NCBI GenBank assembly: GCA_963767925.1
Contig: CAVYGB010000010.1
Span: 1,376,001 to 1,440,000 of the forward strand
DNA length: 64,000 nt
Source of the DNA: an uncultured delta proteobacterium
Lineage (GTDB): Bacteria > Myxococcota_A > Polyangia > Fen-1088
Direction: 5' to 3'
In this document: piece by piece, positions 11,016-20,896 of the stretch
How the letters are laid out: every line of letters begins with the position of its first letter
Numbering within the stretch: the first letter of the stretch is position 1
Position numbers and translations under genes: made by a program
The notes under the pieces: model-generated
The model's database searches: none
Told to the model about the DNA's origin: nothing
The model's input: only the letters and a program-made list of their open reading frames with translations

Positions 11016-11660
11016 TTACCCGCGGGTGGCTTGCTGGCGCTTGACCAGCCGCTTCAGGACAGTGGCGGTCTTGGGATCGAGCTCGGTCACCTTGTTGAGC
11101 AAGGCCGCGTAGCCGGCGATCAGCAGCTCGCGCAGCGAGTCCCGGTCGAGCTCGGGGCGGGCGATCCACTCGAGGCAGGCCCCCTCCACCATGGCGATCC
11201 AGGAGCGGAGCGCCGCCCGCAGCATCGGCCGCGGCTTGCCGATGCCGAAGTCCTCCAGGAAGTAGCGCATGACCACCTCCCGGTGCTCCTCGAGGATCTT
11301 GCGGACCTCGGGGGCGATCGAGCCGCTGCGGTAGATGGCGGCGTACACGGCGCCGTGGCTCTGCACGTAGTTGAGGTGGGCGTCGACCGCGGCCCGCAGG
11401 CGGGCGGCGGGGGTCAGCCGGGGATCGGGCGCGGTCAGGCGGCGCAGCTCCTGCGAGGCGGCGCGCAGCACCTCCACGTAATACTCCCGCTTGCCCCCGA
11501 AGTAGTGGTACAGCAGCCCCTTCGAGATGCCCGCCTGCTCGGCCACGTCGTCGATCGAGATGTCCTCGTACGATCGGCTGGAGAACAGGCGCGTGCCGAG
11601 CTCGATGAGCTGAGCGCGACGCTCGTCGATCGGCAGGCGGACGCGGCGGGGGGCGGGCAT
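11016..11660 (-). CDS. TetR family transcriptional regulator
   Basis: ERRAQLIELGTRLFSSRSYEDISIDDVAEQAGISKGLLYHYFGGK; start uncertain (11660 or 11687). Confidence 0.9.
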   Translation of the reverse strand: MPAPRRVRLPIDERRAQLIELGTRLFSSRSYEDISIDDVAEQAGISKGLLYHYFGGKREYYVEVLRAASQELRRLTAPDPRLTPAARLRAAVDAHLNYVQSHGAVYAAIYRSGSIAPEVRKILEEHREVVMRYFLEDFGIGKPRPMLRAALRSWIAMVEGACLEWIARPELDRDSLRELLIAGYAALLNKVTELDPKTATVLKRLVKRQQATRG

Positions 11661-11717
11661 GGGGACTGGCCGGTACATCGATATCATACGGCGCTCACCA
11701 CCGGGGGGCCCGCTGGT

Positions 11718-12332
11718 ATGGTTGCCCGCGTGCCAATCGATCTGGGGGTGGGGGCCTGGGTCGAGCAGGTGGGGGGCTTCGTGCCCGACCCGGAAGCCGC
11801 GGGCTGGGAGACGGCGCTGCGGGCCGAGCTGGCCTGGGAGCAGCGGGAGATCATGCTGTTCGGGCGGCGGGTGCTGCAGCCCCGCCTGATCGCCTGGGCC
11901 GGCGAGCTGCCCTACCGCTACTCGGGCCAGACGCTCCCGCCCCGGCCGGCAACCCCGGGCCTGCAGAGCCTCATCGATCGGGTCAACGCCCGCCAGGGGG
12001 CCACCTTCAACCACGTGCTGGCCAACCGCTACCGCGACGGGCAGGACAGCATGGGCTTTCACGCCGACGACGAGCCGGAGCTGGGGCCCGACCCGCTGGT
12101 GGCGACCCTCTCGTTCGGGGCCACCCGCACGCTGGTCGTGGTGCCGAAGCGCAAGCGCGACGGCGAGCGGCGGCGCTTCGCCCTGGCGGCGGGCGACCTG
12201 TTCGTCATGGGGGGCACCTGCCAGCGCCACTTCCACCACGGCATCCCCCGCGCCCCCGGGGTGCCGGGCGAGCGGATCAGCCTGACCTTCCGCCACCTCA
12301 CCCGCGCCCCGGCGGGCCGGGACGCTACTTGA
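11718..12332 (+). CDS. alkB: Alpha-ketoglutarate-dependent dioxygenase, AlkB family (ALKBH2/3-like)
   Basis: QPRLIAW, YRYSG, NRYRDGQDSMGFHADDE, HGIP, RISLTFR. Confidence 0.92.
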   Translation: MVARVPIDLGVGAWVEQVGGFVPDPEAAGWETALRAELAWEQREIMLFGRRVLQPRLIAWAGELPYRYSGQTLPPRPATPGLQSLIDRVNARQGATFNHVLANRYRDGQDSMGFHADDEPELGPDPLVATLSFGATRTLVVVPKRKRDGERRRFALAAGDLFVMGGTCQRHFHHGIPRAPGVPGERISLTFRHLTRAPAGRDAT

Positions 12333-13095
12333 GCGCCTGCTCGAGGCGGCTCATGGTGCGGGCGGCCATGGCCTGGCAGCGCTTCTCCTCGGGGGGATCG
12401 TACTTGTTGGGGGTCGCGCTCAGCACCTCCTGCAGCAGGCGGCGGGCCTCGGCGGGGCGGTCCTCGCGCAGGTGCAGCTCGGCCCAGAAGACCCGGCCGC
12501 GCAGGTTGCTCGGGTTGAGGGCCAGCGCCTTGCGAAAGTAGAGGGTGGCCTTCTCCTCGTCGTATTTGGGCCAGGGCAGCTTGGCGTAGTAGCTGCCCCA
12601 GGCCACCGGGATGGCCCCGTTGGCGTAGGTGGGATCGAAGCGCTCGGCGCGGCTGAGGCGCTGGCGGAACTTGCCCTCGATGCCCTGGGTGAGGGCGCGG
12701 ACGATGCCCAGGCCGAGGGCGTAGGCCCCCATGGCGGCCATGCCCCAGAACTGCGCGCCGACGTGGTTGGGGTTGATGGCCACCGCCCGCTCGGCGAGGT
12801 CCCAGCCCGTCTTGCCGAAGGTGACCCGGTCGGCCTTGGACAGCGCGGGATCGTCGCTCTTCCAGGCGTACCAGCGGGCCAGGCGCCAGATCACCCCGTA
12901 GTCGCCGGGCGCGCGGGCGAGCGCCTGATCGAGCAGGGTCTTCTGCTGGGCGAAGGCGGCAGGGTCGTCGCGCCGTTTCCACAGCTCGTCGACCCGGGTG
13001 GCCACCTCGGTGGGGCTCGCCGGCGCCTGGGCCCGGGCCCCGCCGGCGCTCAGCGAAATCGAGAGGAGCCCTGCCACAGCTACCGCGAGCCGCAT
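12325..13095 (-). CDS. Secreted tetratricopeptide-repeat protein
   Basis: Signal peptide ending ARA-Q; helical TPR-like repeats (AERAVAINP, FRKALALNP). Confidence 0.75.
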   Translation of the reverse strand: MRLAVAVAGLLSISLSAGGARAQAPASPTEVATRVDELWKRRDDPAAFAQQKTLLDQALARAPGDYGVIWRLARWYAWKSDDPALSKADRVTFGKTGWDLAERAVAINPNHVGAQFWGMAAMGAYALGLGIVRALTQGIEGKFRQRLSRAERFDPTYANGAIPVAWGSYYAKLPWPKYDEEKATLYFRKALALNPSNLRGRVFWAELHLREDRPAEARRLLQEVLSATPNKYDPPEEKRCQAMAARTMSRLEQALK

Positions 13096-13195
13096 CCGGG
13101 GACTATGCCACGGCCCCCGCCCGCGCGGCGTCCGGGCGCCGGATCGGTGTCAAAGCGCCGCGACCTCTGCGAAACTGGGCCCGAGGAGGCCAGGG

Positions 13196-14689
<1,494 letters not shown>

Positions 14690-14775
14690 CCGCCGGAGGG
14701 GCGGGCCGGGGCCGGGGCGCAAATGAACGGCGAGGGGGCCACGCCAGCGCCCAGGCGCGGCGGAAAACCCCGCCG

Positions 14776-14826
14776 GTACTTTGTACTGCAAAGTACTTGA
14801 CGTCGTCCCGAGCCGGGGGATAACGT
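14776..14826 (+). promoter_or_regulatory. Palindromic operator next to a sigma70-like promoter
   Basis: GTACTTTG-N5-CAAAGTAC (14776-14796) directly followed by TTGACG (14797-14802), 18 nt, then TAACGT (14821-14826). Confidence 0.7.
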
Positions 14827-14833
14827 CGTCGCC

Positions 14834-15421
14834 ATGGGTCCTGCCCCGCGGCCTCTGCACTCCGAGGCCATGGAGAACCTGCGGTTCATCCGCCGGACCA
14901 TGGAGAGCGCGCGCTCCTTCACCGCCGTCCCCGGCTGGGGGCAGGTGGCGATGGGGCTGAGCGCGATCGCGGCGGCGGCTCTGGCCGACGCCCAGCCGGA
15001 CCGCGGGCGCTGGCTGGCGGTGTGGGTGGCCGAGGCGGTGCTGGCCGTCGCCCTCGGCGCGGTCGCGCTGGTGCGCAAGGCGCGGCGGGCGAACATCTCG
15101 ATGTCGTCGGGGCCGGCCCGCCGGTTCGGGCTGGCGCTGTTGCCGCCGCTGCTGGTGGGGGCGGTCATGACCGGGCTGCTGTTCCGGACCGGGACGGCGC
15201 GGGTGCTGCCCGCCCTCTGGCTGCTCTGTTACGGGGCCGGCATCACCACCGGCGGCGCCTTCTCGGTGCGGGCGGTCCCGCTCGAGGGCGTGTCGTTCAT
15301 GCTGCTGGGGGCGGCGGCGGCCTTCACGCCGGCCGCCTGGGGCGACCTCTGGATGGCGGGCGGCTTCGGCGTTTTGCAGATCGGCTTCGGCATCTACATC
15401 GCGCGGAGGCACGGTGGCTAG
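14834..15421 (+). CDS. Integral membrane protein (about 6 TM helices), unknown function
   Basis: AMENLRFIRRTME followed by hydrophobic segments; ends IARRHGG, overlapping the next gene. Confidence 0.8.
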   Translation: MGPAPRPLHSEAMENLRFIRRTMESARSFTAVPGWGQVAMGLSAIAAAALADAQPDRGRWLAVWVAEAVLAVALGAVALVRKARRANISMSSGPARRFGLALLPPLLVGAVMTGLLFRTGTARVLPALWLLCYGAGITTGGAFSVRAVPLEGVSFMLLGAAAAFTPAAWGDLWMAGGFGVLQIGFGIYIARRHGG

Positions 15422-15821
15422 GGGGACGGCCCGCCGGCTGACCGTCGAGCCGCCGGGGGATCGGCCGCGCGATCCGGGCGCGGCAACCGCCAGCGGGAAG
15501 CGGGCGGCCCGGGCGGCGGCGCCGGCGGTGCTGCTGGATTGATTGATCCACGAGCGGCTGCGCCTGGCCATGGTGAGCGCGCTGGCCGCCAACCAGTCGA
15601 TGACCTTCCGCGAGCTCAAGGCCCTGCTCGGCACCACCGACGGCAACCTCAGCATCCACGCCCGCAAGCTGGAAGACGCCGGCTACGTCGAGTGCGCCAA
15701 GAGCTTCGTCGACCGCACGCCGCGCACCGAATATCGGCTGACCACGGCCGGCCGGCGGGCCCTCGAACGTTACCTCGACCACATGGAGGCCCTCATCCGG
15801 GCCGCGCGGGAGGGGACCTGA
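15414..15821 (+). CDS. Winged-helix transcriptional regulator with an in-frame TGA at 15540-15542
   Basis: [55 protein letters not shown] at 15414 is in frame; the core can also start at TTG 15543. Confidence 0.85.
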
Positions 15822-15921
15822 GCGCCCGCGGACCGGACGGGCAGCAGCGGGGCCCGGCGGCTGCTCTGATCGACCCGGCCGGAGCGCCGGCCGTCTGGCT
15901 CATCTTCTGGAGATCGACTCT

Positions 15922-16610
15922 ATGACAGAAAGTGCTCTATCAGCCGAGGTGGCGCCGGGCGCCGGGATCCACGTCGCCATCATCATGGATGGCAACGGGC
16001 GCTGGGCCACCTGCCGCGGCCTGCCCCGCGCGGTCGGGCACCGGGCGGGGGCCAAGGCGGTCCGCCGCACGGTCGAGAGCGCGCCCGACCTCGGCATCGC
16101 CGCCCTCACCCTGTACGCCTTCTCCTCGGACAACTGGCAGCGGCCGCCCACCGAGGTCTCGGCGCTGATGACCCTGCTGTCCCGCTACCTGAAGGGCGAG
16201 GCGCCCCGCCTGGCGTCCAGCGGCGTTCGCCTGCAGGTGATCGGACGGCGCGATCGGCTCGCCCCGTCGCTCATCGCCGACATCGACCGGGCCGAGGCCC
16301 ACACCGCCGGGGGCGACCGCCTGGTCCTGCGGGTGGCGGTGGACTACTCGGCCCGCGACAGCATCCGCCGCGCGCTGGCCGCCCCCGAGCAGGCCAGCCT
16401 GCTGCCCGACGTGGATCTGCTGATCCGCACCGGGCGGGAGAAGCGCCTCTCGGACTTTCTCCTGTGGGAGTGCGCCTACGCGGAGCTGTGGTTCTCCGAC
16501 GTGTTGTGGCCCGACTTCGGCGCCGCCGACCTGCGCGCCGCCGTGGAAGACTTCCGCGCCCGCTCCCGCCGCTTCGGCGCCCTCGACCCCGCCCGGGCCC
16601 AGATTCTGAG
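15922..16610 (+). CDS. uppS: Undecaprenyl/polyprenyl diphosphate synthase (no in-frame stop; reads on into the next gene)
   Basis: [52 protein letters not shown]; 3' end approximate. Confidence 0.9.
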
Positions 16611-16683
16611 TCGCGCCGCCGCGGGGCGACCGGGCCCGGGCTGGTTGCACACGTTCGCCTACCGGTGTCCACTAGCCGGCACC

Positions 16684-17352
16684 ATGACGTCTCCAAGGCT
16701 GGCTGTGCTCGCTCTGTCTGTGTGCGTCGCCTGCAGCTCCGGGGACGGCGGCCCGCCCCGCGACGCGGGGGCGCGCGAGGCCGGGCCCATCGCCCCGCCG
16801 GCCCCGGGCAGCCCGGGCGAGATCCTGCACAACTTCGTGTTCGAGGTGCGCTGTCCCGAGGGCGCCACCGGCGCGTCGTGCGACGTGCCGGATGCCGAGC
16901 GGAACAAGGAGACCGATCCGATCCTGTTCGGCGGCGATCCCGCGGTCACCTACCGGGTCCGGCTGCGGATCTGCGGCGCGGTCGAGGGGCGCGAATACAG
17001 CGGGTGCCAGGCGGCCATGGCCGGCGGGCTGTTCTGCCCGGGGGGCAGCCTCGCCAGCACCGACGCCCTGTCGGACACCTACCCGAGCTACGAGATGAAG
17101 GTGTCGGCCCCGGCGCGGTCGTATTTTCTCAACAGCCGGCGGGCGCGCGACAGCGCCCTCCGCATCGAATACAGCGCCGAGCTCGACATCCAGGGCGGCG
17201 CCTCGATCGGCTTCGCCACGGCCAGCCGCACGCCGGCCACCGCGACGGCGCGCAGCGGCCCACACCTCTGCCCGGACGTCCCCGGCATCGAACAGCCCTT
17301 CGCCGGGCAGTTCATCCACTTCCAGGTCGAGTCGGTCACGCCGGCGCCCTGA
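16684..17352 (+). CDS. Cys-containing lipoprotein, unknown function
   Basis: [17 protein letters not shown] lipobox, Pro/Gly linker, [17 protein letters not shown] domain. Confidence 0.75.
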   Translation: MTSPRLAVLALSVCVACSSGDGGPPRDAGAREAGPIAPPAPGSPGEILHNFVFEVRCPEGATGASCDVPDAERNKETDPILFGGDPAVTYRVRLRICGAVEGREYSGCQAAMAGGLFCPGGSLASTDALSDTYPSYEMKVSAPARSYFLNSRRARDSALRIEYSAELDIQGGASIGFATASRTPATATARSGPHLCPDVPGIEQPFAGQFIHFQVESVTPAP

Positions 17353-17457
17353 GCTGTCTCTCTGTCGGGACATTTACCAGGCGTGATCAGTAATAGGTCT
17401 TACACACCATAGTGGATGATCGTGAGCGTCCCTGCTACACCTGAGGGCAGGGCGCGC

Positions 17458-17859
17458 ATGAAGGTGGCAAGAGCCGTTGTGAGAGATCGGAGTCCTCGGG
17501 GACGAGCCGTCAGAACGCTGACGCTCCTCGCCGCGCTGCTCTTCTCCGGCTGCCAGCGGAGCCCGGTGCTCCCCGCCGAGGGGTCGTACGTCACGCAGCG
17601 CCTGGGCGGCGCCGATCCGGACCGCGATGGCGTCATCGACATCGCCGACAACTGCCCGCTCGAGGACAACGCCGACCAGGCCAACGGGGACGGCGACGAG
17701 CTGGGTGACGTCTGCGATCCCTGTCCCGCCACCGTGCTCAACGTCGAGGGCTGCCCCTCGGACAGCGACAGCGATCGCACGCCCGACCGTTCCGACCGCT
17801 GCCCGCTCGATCCCCTCGACGCCTGCGCCGCCGCCGGCACCCCCGCCCCGCCGAAGTGA
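17458..17859 (+). CDS. Thrombospondin type-3 repeat lipoprotein
   Basis: LLFSGC lipobox; DPDRDGVIDIADNCP, DGDELGDVCDPCP, DSDSDRTPDRSDRCP; start uncertain. Confidence 0.75.
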   Translation: MKVARAVVRDRSPRGRAVRTLTLLAALLFSGCQRSPVLPAEGSYVTQRLGGADPDRDGVIDIADNCPLEDNADQANGDGDELGDVCDPCPATVLNVEGCPSDSDSDRTPDRSDRCPLDPLDACAAAGTPAPPK

Positions 17860-17885
17860 GCCCGGGCTAGTGCCGTGAGGCACCC

Positions 17886-18045
17886 GTGCACCGCTCCGAA
17901 ATATCGTCGAGGCTGCGCCGACGATCCTGCGCCCCCGCTTCGTTGCTCCTCCTCGGAATATGCCGGATATTCGTCGTCGTCGCGCCTCGCGGGGCCGCAG
18001 GCTTGTCGGCGGATCCTTGACGCTATTTCGAGAGCGGTGCACTAG
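17886..18045. mobile_element. MITE/REP-like element forming one long hairpin, with IS630-like CTAG end
   Basis: Terminal inverted repeats GTGCACCGCTC-CGAAATA / TATTTCG-A-GAGCGGTGCAC-TAG with nested internal inverted repeats; intergenic, no transposase. Confidence 0.7.
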
Positions 18046-18110
18046 TCCCCTGGAACAGGTTCGCTCGGGCCCGACTGGCCCGGAGGCGGCCCCGCGGGCA
18101 CACTGGGGAG

Positions 18111-18608
18111 ATGGGCAGGCGCCGGCAACTGTTTCCAGAGCGGCGGACGGCGGCCGGAGCGATCGCGCTGGCCCTGCTCGCGGTCCTCGGCGCCGGGTGC
18201 CCGAGCAAGAAGACGCCCCGGCAGCTCATCCAGGAGACCATCGCGGAGGCGGAGGTGGCGGCCGAGGAGAAGGACGTGTCGGCGCTGCGGACGCTGCTGT
18301 CCGAGAAATACGCGGGGGCCGGCGAGCTCGACCGGGCCGGGGTGGTGCGGCTGCTGCAGGTGCACTTCCTGCGAGCCCAGGACATCCACCTGCTGGTGCG
18401 GGTGCCGGCCATCCACGTCCAGGGGGAGGACCGGGCCGAGGCGACGGTGCTGGCGGCGATGGCCTCTTCGCCCATCGCCGCCCCCCAGCAGCTCGCCGGC
18501 CTCAGCGCGGAGCTGATGCGATTCGAGCTCCAGCTCGCGCTCGAGGACGGCAAGTGGAAGGTGCTGTCCGCGACCTGGTCCCCCGCCTCCGCCGGCGACT
18601 TTCTCTAG
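18111..18608 (+). CDS. Lipoprotein, possible NTF2/SnoaL-like fold
   Basis: LGAGC lipobox; AAEEKDVSALRTLLSEKY ... LALEDGKWKVLSATW. Confidence 0.65.
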   Translation: MGRRRQLFPERRTAAGAIALALLAVLGAGCPSKKTPRQLIQETIAEAEVAAEEKDVSALRTLLSEKYAGAGELDRAGVVRLLQVHFLRAQDIHLLVRVPAIHVQGEDRAEATVLAAMASSPIAAPQQLAGLSAELMRFELQLALEDGKWKVLSATWSPASAGDFL

Positions 18609-18627
18609 CCGGACGTCTCCGGCCCCC

Positions 18628-19533
18628 TCAGCAGGAGGGAGGCAGGGCGGTGCCGAGGCGGAGGGTGAGCAGGGTGGCGTCGTCGCGCGGGCCGGGCATC
18701 GCGGAGATGCGGTCGAACAGGTCGCGCTTGAGGTCGTGCAGGGAGAGGCTGTCGGTGGTGGCGTGCCCGACGGCGGCGGCGATGTCCTGCGGATCGAGCC
18801 GGTCGGTGAGGCCGTCGGTCATCAGCAGAAGGGTGTCGCCGGGCTGGGCGGGAATCTCGTGCTCGTCGCAGCGCCAGCACTCGACGCAGCCCAGGCCCAG
18901 GCCGGGGCCGCCCTCCTCGCCGAGCACCAGCATGGTGCCGTTGCGGCGGAACAGCAGGGCGGCGGGGTGGCCGGCCGAGGCGATGGTCCAGACCGCCCGG
19001 GGCAGATCGAGGGTCACGCAGCAGGCGGTCACGAAGCGATCGCCGAGGTCCTGCTGGTCCAGCCAGCGGTTCATGCGGGCGAGGATGCGGCGGGGGCGCA
19101 GGCTCCGCCGGGTCACCCGCCGGATCTCGCCGCTCACCCGGGCCATGATGAGGGCGGCCGCCACGCCCTTGCCGGCCACGTCGCCAACGACGGCGGTGAG
19201 CTGGCCGGTCGGGTGGGTCGTCACCTCGAAGAAGTCGCCGCCCACCTGGTGGGCCGGCCGGTATTCGGCCACCATGTCGACCCCGCGCCACTGCTGCTCG
19301 AGCGGCGGGAGCAGCCCCCGCTGGACAGCCCGGGCAGCGGCGAGGTCGCGCTCCAGCCAGGTCGGCTCGGACCGCTTGACCACCAGCTCCGCCGGGCTCG
19401 TCGTCACCCCCGTCGTGATCCGGTTGACCACGGTGTTGGCCGGGTCGGGCGCACCCTGAACGACGACTTCGATCGAGCCGGAGGCGGCGCCGGCTGGGGT
19501 GGCGGGGAGCTCGGAGTAACCGGTCGGAGTCAT
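18628..19533 (-). CDS. PP2C/SpoIIE (RsbU-like) Ser/Thr phosphatase
   Basis: ARAVQRGLLP, VGGDFF, GDVAGKGVAAAL, SAGHP, TDGLTD, DDAT. Confidence 0.92.
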   Translation of the reverse strand: MTPTGYSELPATPAGAASGSIEVVVQGAPDPANTVVNRITTGVTTSPAELVVKRSEPTWLERDLAAARAVQRGLLPPLEQQWRGVDMVAEYRPAHQVGGDFFEVTTHPTGQLTAVVGDVAGKGVAAALIMARVSGEIRRVTRRSLRPRRILARMNRWLDQQDLGDRFVTACCVTLDLPRAVWTIASAGHPAALLFRRNGTMLVLGEEGGPGLGLGCVECWRCDEHEIPAQPGDTLLLMTDGLTDRLDPQDIAAAVGHATTDSLSLHDLKRDLFDRISAMPGPRDDATLLTLRLGTALPPSC

Positions 19534-19734
19534 GCGGGGCCTTTCCCGGATTGCTGGCAAGTTAACTTTGCGGCCATGCGTCGTAATTTACGGGGATCCC
19601 CAGATAAGGGGGCACTGACTACTTGAGGCCTAACGGGCGCCGGATACAAGTATTCCGGACGCCCAGTGCGACTTGCGTCACGTCATGGCGCATCTTTTGC
19701 GCCGGGCCAGGGCCGGCGCTGGGATCCGCGGCGG

Positions 19735-20772
19735 CTACTCGAAGCCAGCGTTGAGGGCGGCGACCTCTTCGGCGGTGAGCGCCCGGCCGTACACGCGGAC
19801 CTCGTCGACCAGGCCGGTGAACCGCTCGCTGTTGTCGAAGTTCGAGCCGAGGCGGGCCCGGAACACGGCACCGGTGTCGGCCGCCGCGGTCGAGGTGGCT
19901 CGCTGGGTGCCGTCGAGGAAGAGGCGGTGGGTGGTGCCGTCGAAGGTGTAAACCAGGTGGTGCCATCCGGGAGCGGGGGGCGCCGCGACGGCGAGGTCGC
20001 CCGGGGTGCCGCTGCGCCAGGCGCCGATCTGGCCCTCCTTGAAGCCGAGCTTGAGCCGCGAGCTGCCCATGGTCCCGGCGGTCAGCGAGAGACAGACGAA
20101 GCGGCCCACGGCGGGGGGCACGGCGTCGAAGCGGAGCCAGAAGCTGACGCTCTGGGCGCGGTTGTTGGCCGGCAAGTTGCGCGCGCCGAGCTCGACGAAG
20201 TCGTCGACGCCGTCGAAGCGGAGGGCGCCGCCGTTGGAATAGCGGGCGCCCGGGAAGCCCCCGGCCTCCCAGGTGGCGCCAGAGACGACGCCGAGGTTGC
20301 CGTTCCCACCACTGTCGAGGACGGTGGCGGCGCTCTCGTCGAGCTTCCAGCGGCTGATGAGGCCCATGCCGAGGGTCGTGCTGCTGGCCACCGGGGCGTC
20401 GGGCGGGGGCGCCGGGGGCGCGCTGTCGACCGGGGCGGAGACCGTGTCGGGCGCGGGCGCCGAGGCGTCGGGCAGCGGGACCTGGATGCCCCCTGCCCCG
20501 CCGCTGCCCGGGGTTCCCGCCGCGCCGCCGCTGCCGGCGGACCCTTCGCTGCCGCCGGTCCCGGCCTGCCCGCTCTCACCCGCGATCGGTCCGGGCGGCG
20601 GGCGGCCGCCGCTCCCCCCTGCCCCGCCGCGGCCACCGGGCGCGGCGTCGGGCGGCGGTGGAGGATCGGTATAGATGTCGGTGATGTTCTCGTAGTGCCG
20701 ACAGCTCGACAGCGACAGACCCGCAAGCGACGCCGAAGTCGCCCACCACACGATGAAAGCCAAGCGATGCAC
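19735..20772 (-). CDS. LamG/concanavalin-A-like domain lipoprotein
   Basis: LSLSSC lipobox, Gly-rich linker, WKLDES...ALRFDGVDDFV, WHHLVYTFDG, GLVDEVRVYGRALT; GTG start inferred. Confidence 0.85.
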   Translation of the reverse strand: MHRLAFIVWWATSASLAGLSLSSCRHYENITDIYTDPPPPPDAAPGGRGGAGGSGGRPPPGPIAGESGQAGTGGSEGSAGSGGAAGTPGSGGAGGIQVPLPDASAPAPDTVSAPVDSAPPAPPPDAPVASSTTLGMGLISRWKLDESAATVLDSGGNGNLGVVSGATWEAGGFPGARYSNGGALRFDGVDDFVELGARNLPANNRAQSVSFWLRFDAVPPAVGRFVCLSLTAGTMGSSRLKLGFKEGQIGAWRSGTPGDLAVAAPPAPGWHHLVYTFDGTTHRLFLDGTQRATSTAAADTGAVFRARLGSNFDNSERFTGLVDEVRVYGRALTAEEVAALNAGFE

Positions 20773-20896
20773 GGGGAACCTCCGGTGAGCTATGTCGGCG
20801 ATTGTGGCAGGTTTCGATCCAAAACGGGAGCGGGTCGGTTCGGGACCCACGCCGCGTCCGGACAGGCCCGGGGAGAGGCGCGCGGCGCCCGAGGAA

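Noticed and set aside
19550..19580. Sigma-54 promoter for the PP2C gene (minus strand TGGC...TTGC)
   Set aside because: The GG-to-GC spacing is not the required 10 nt
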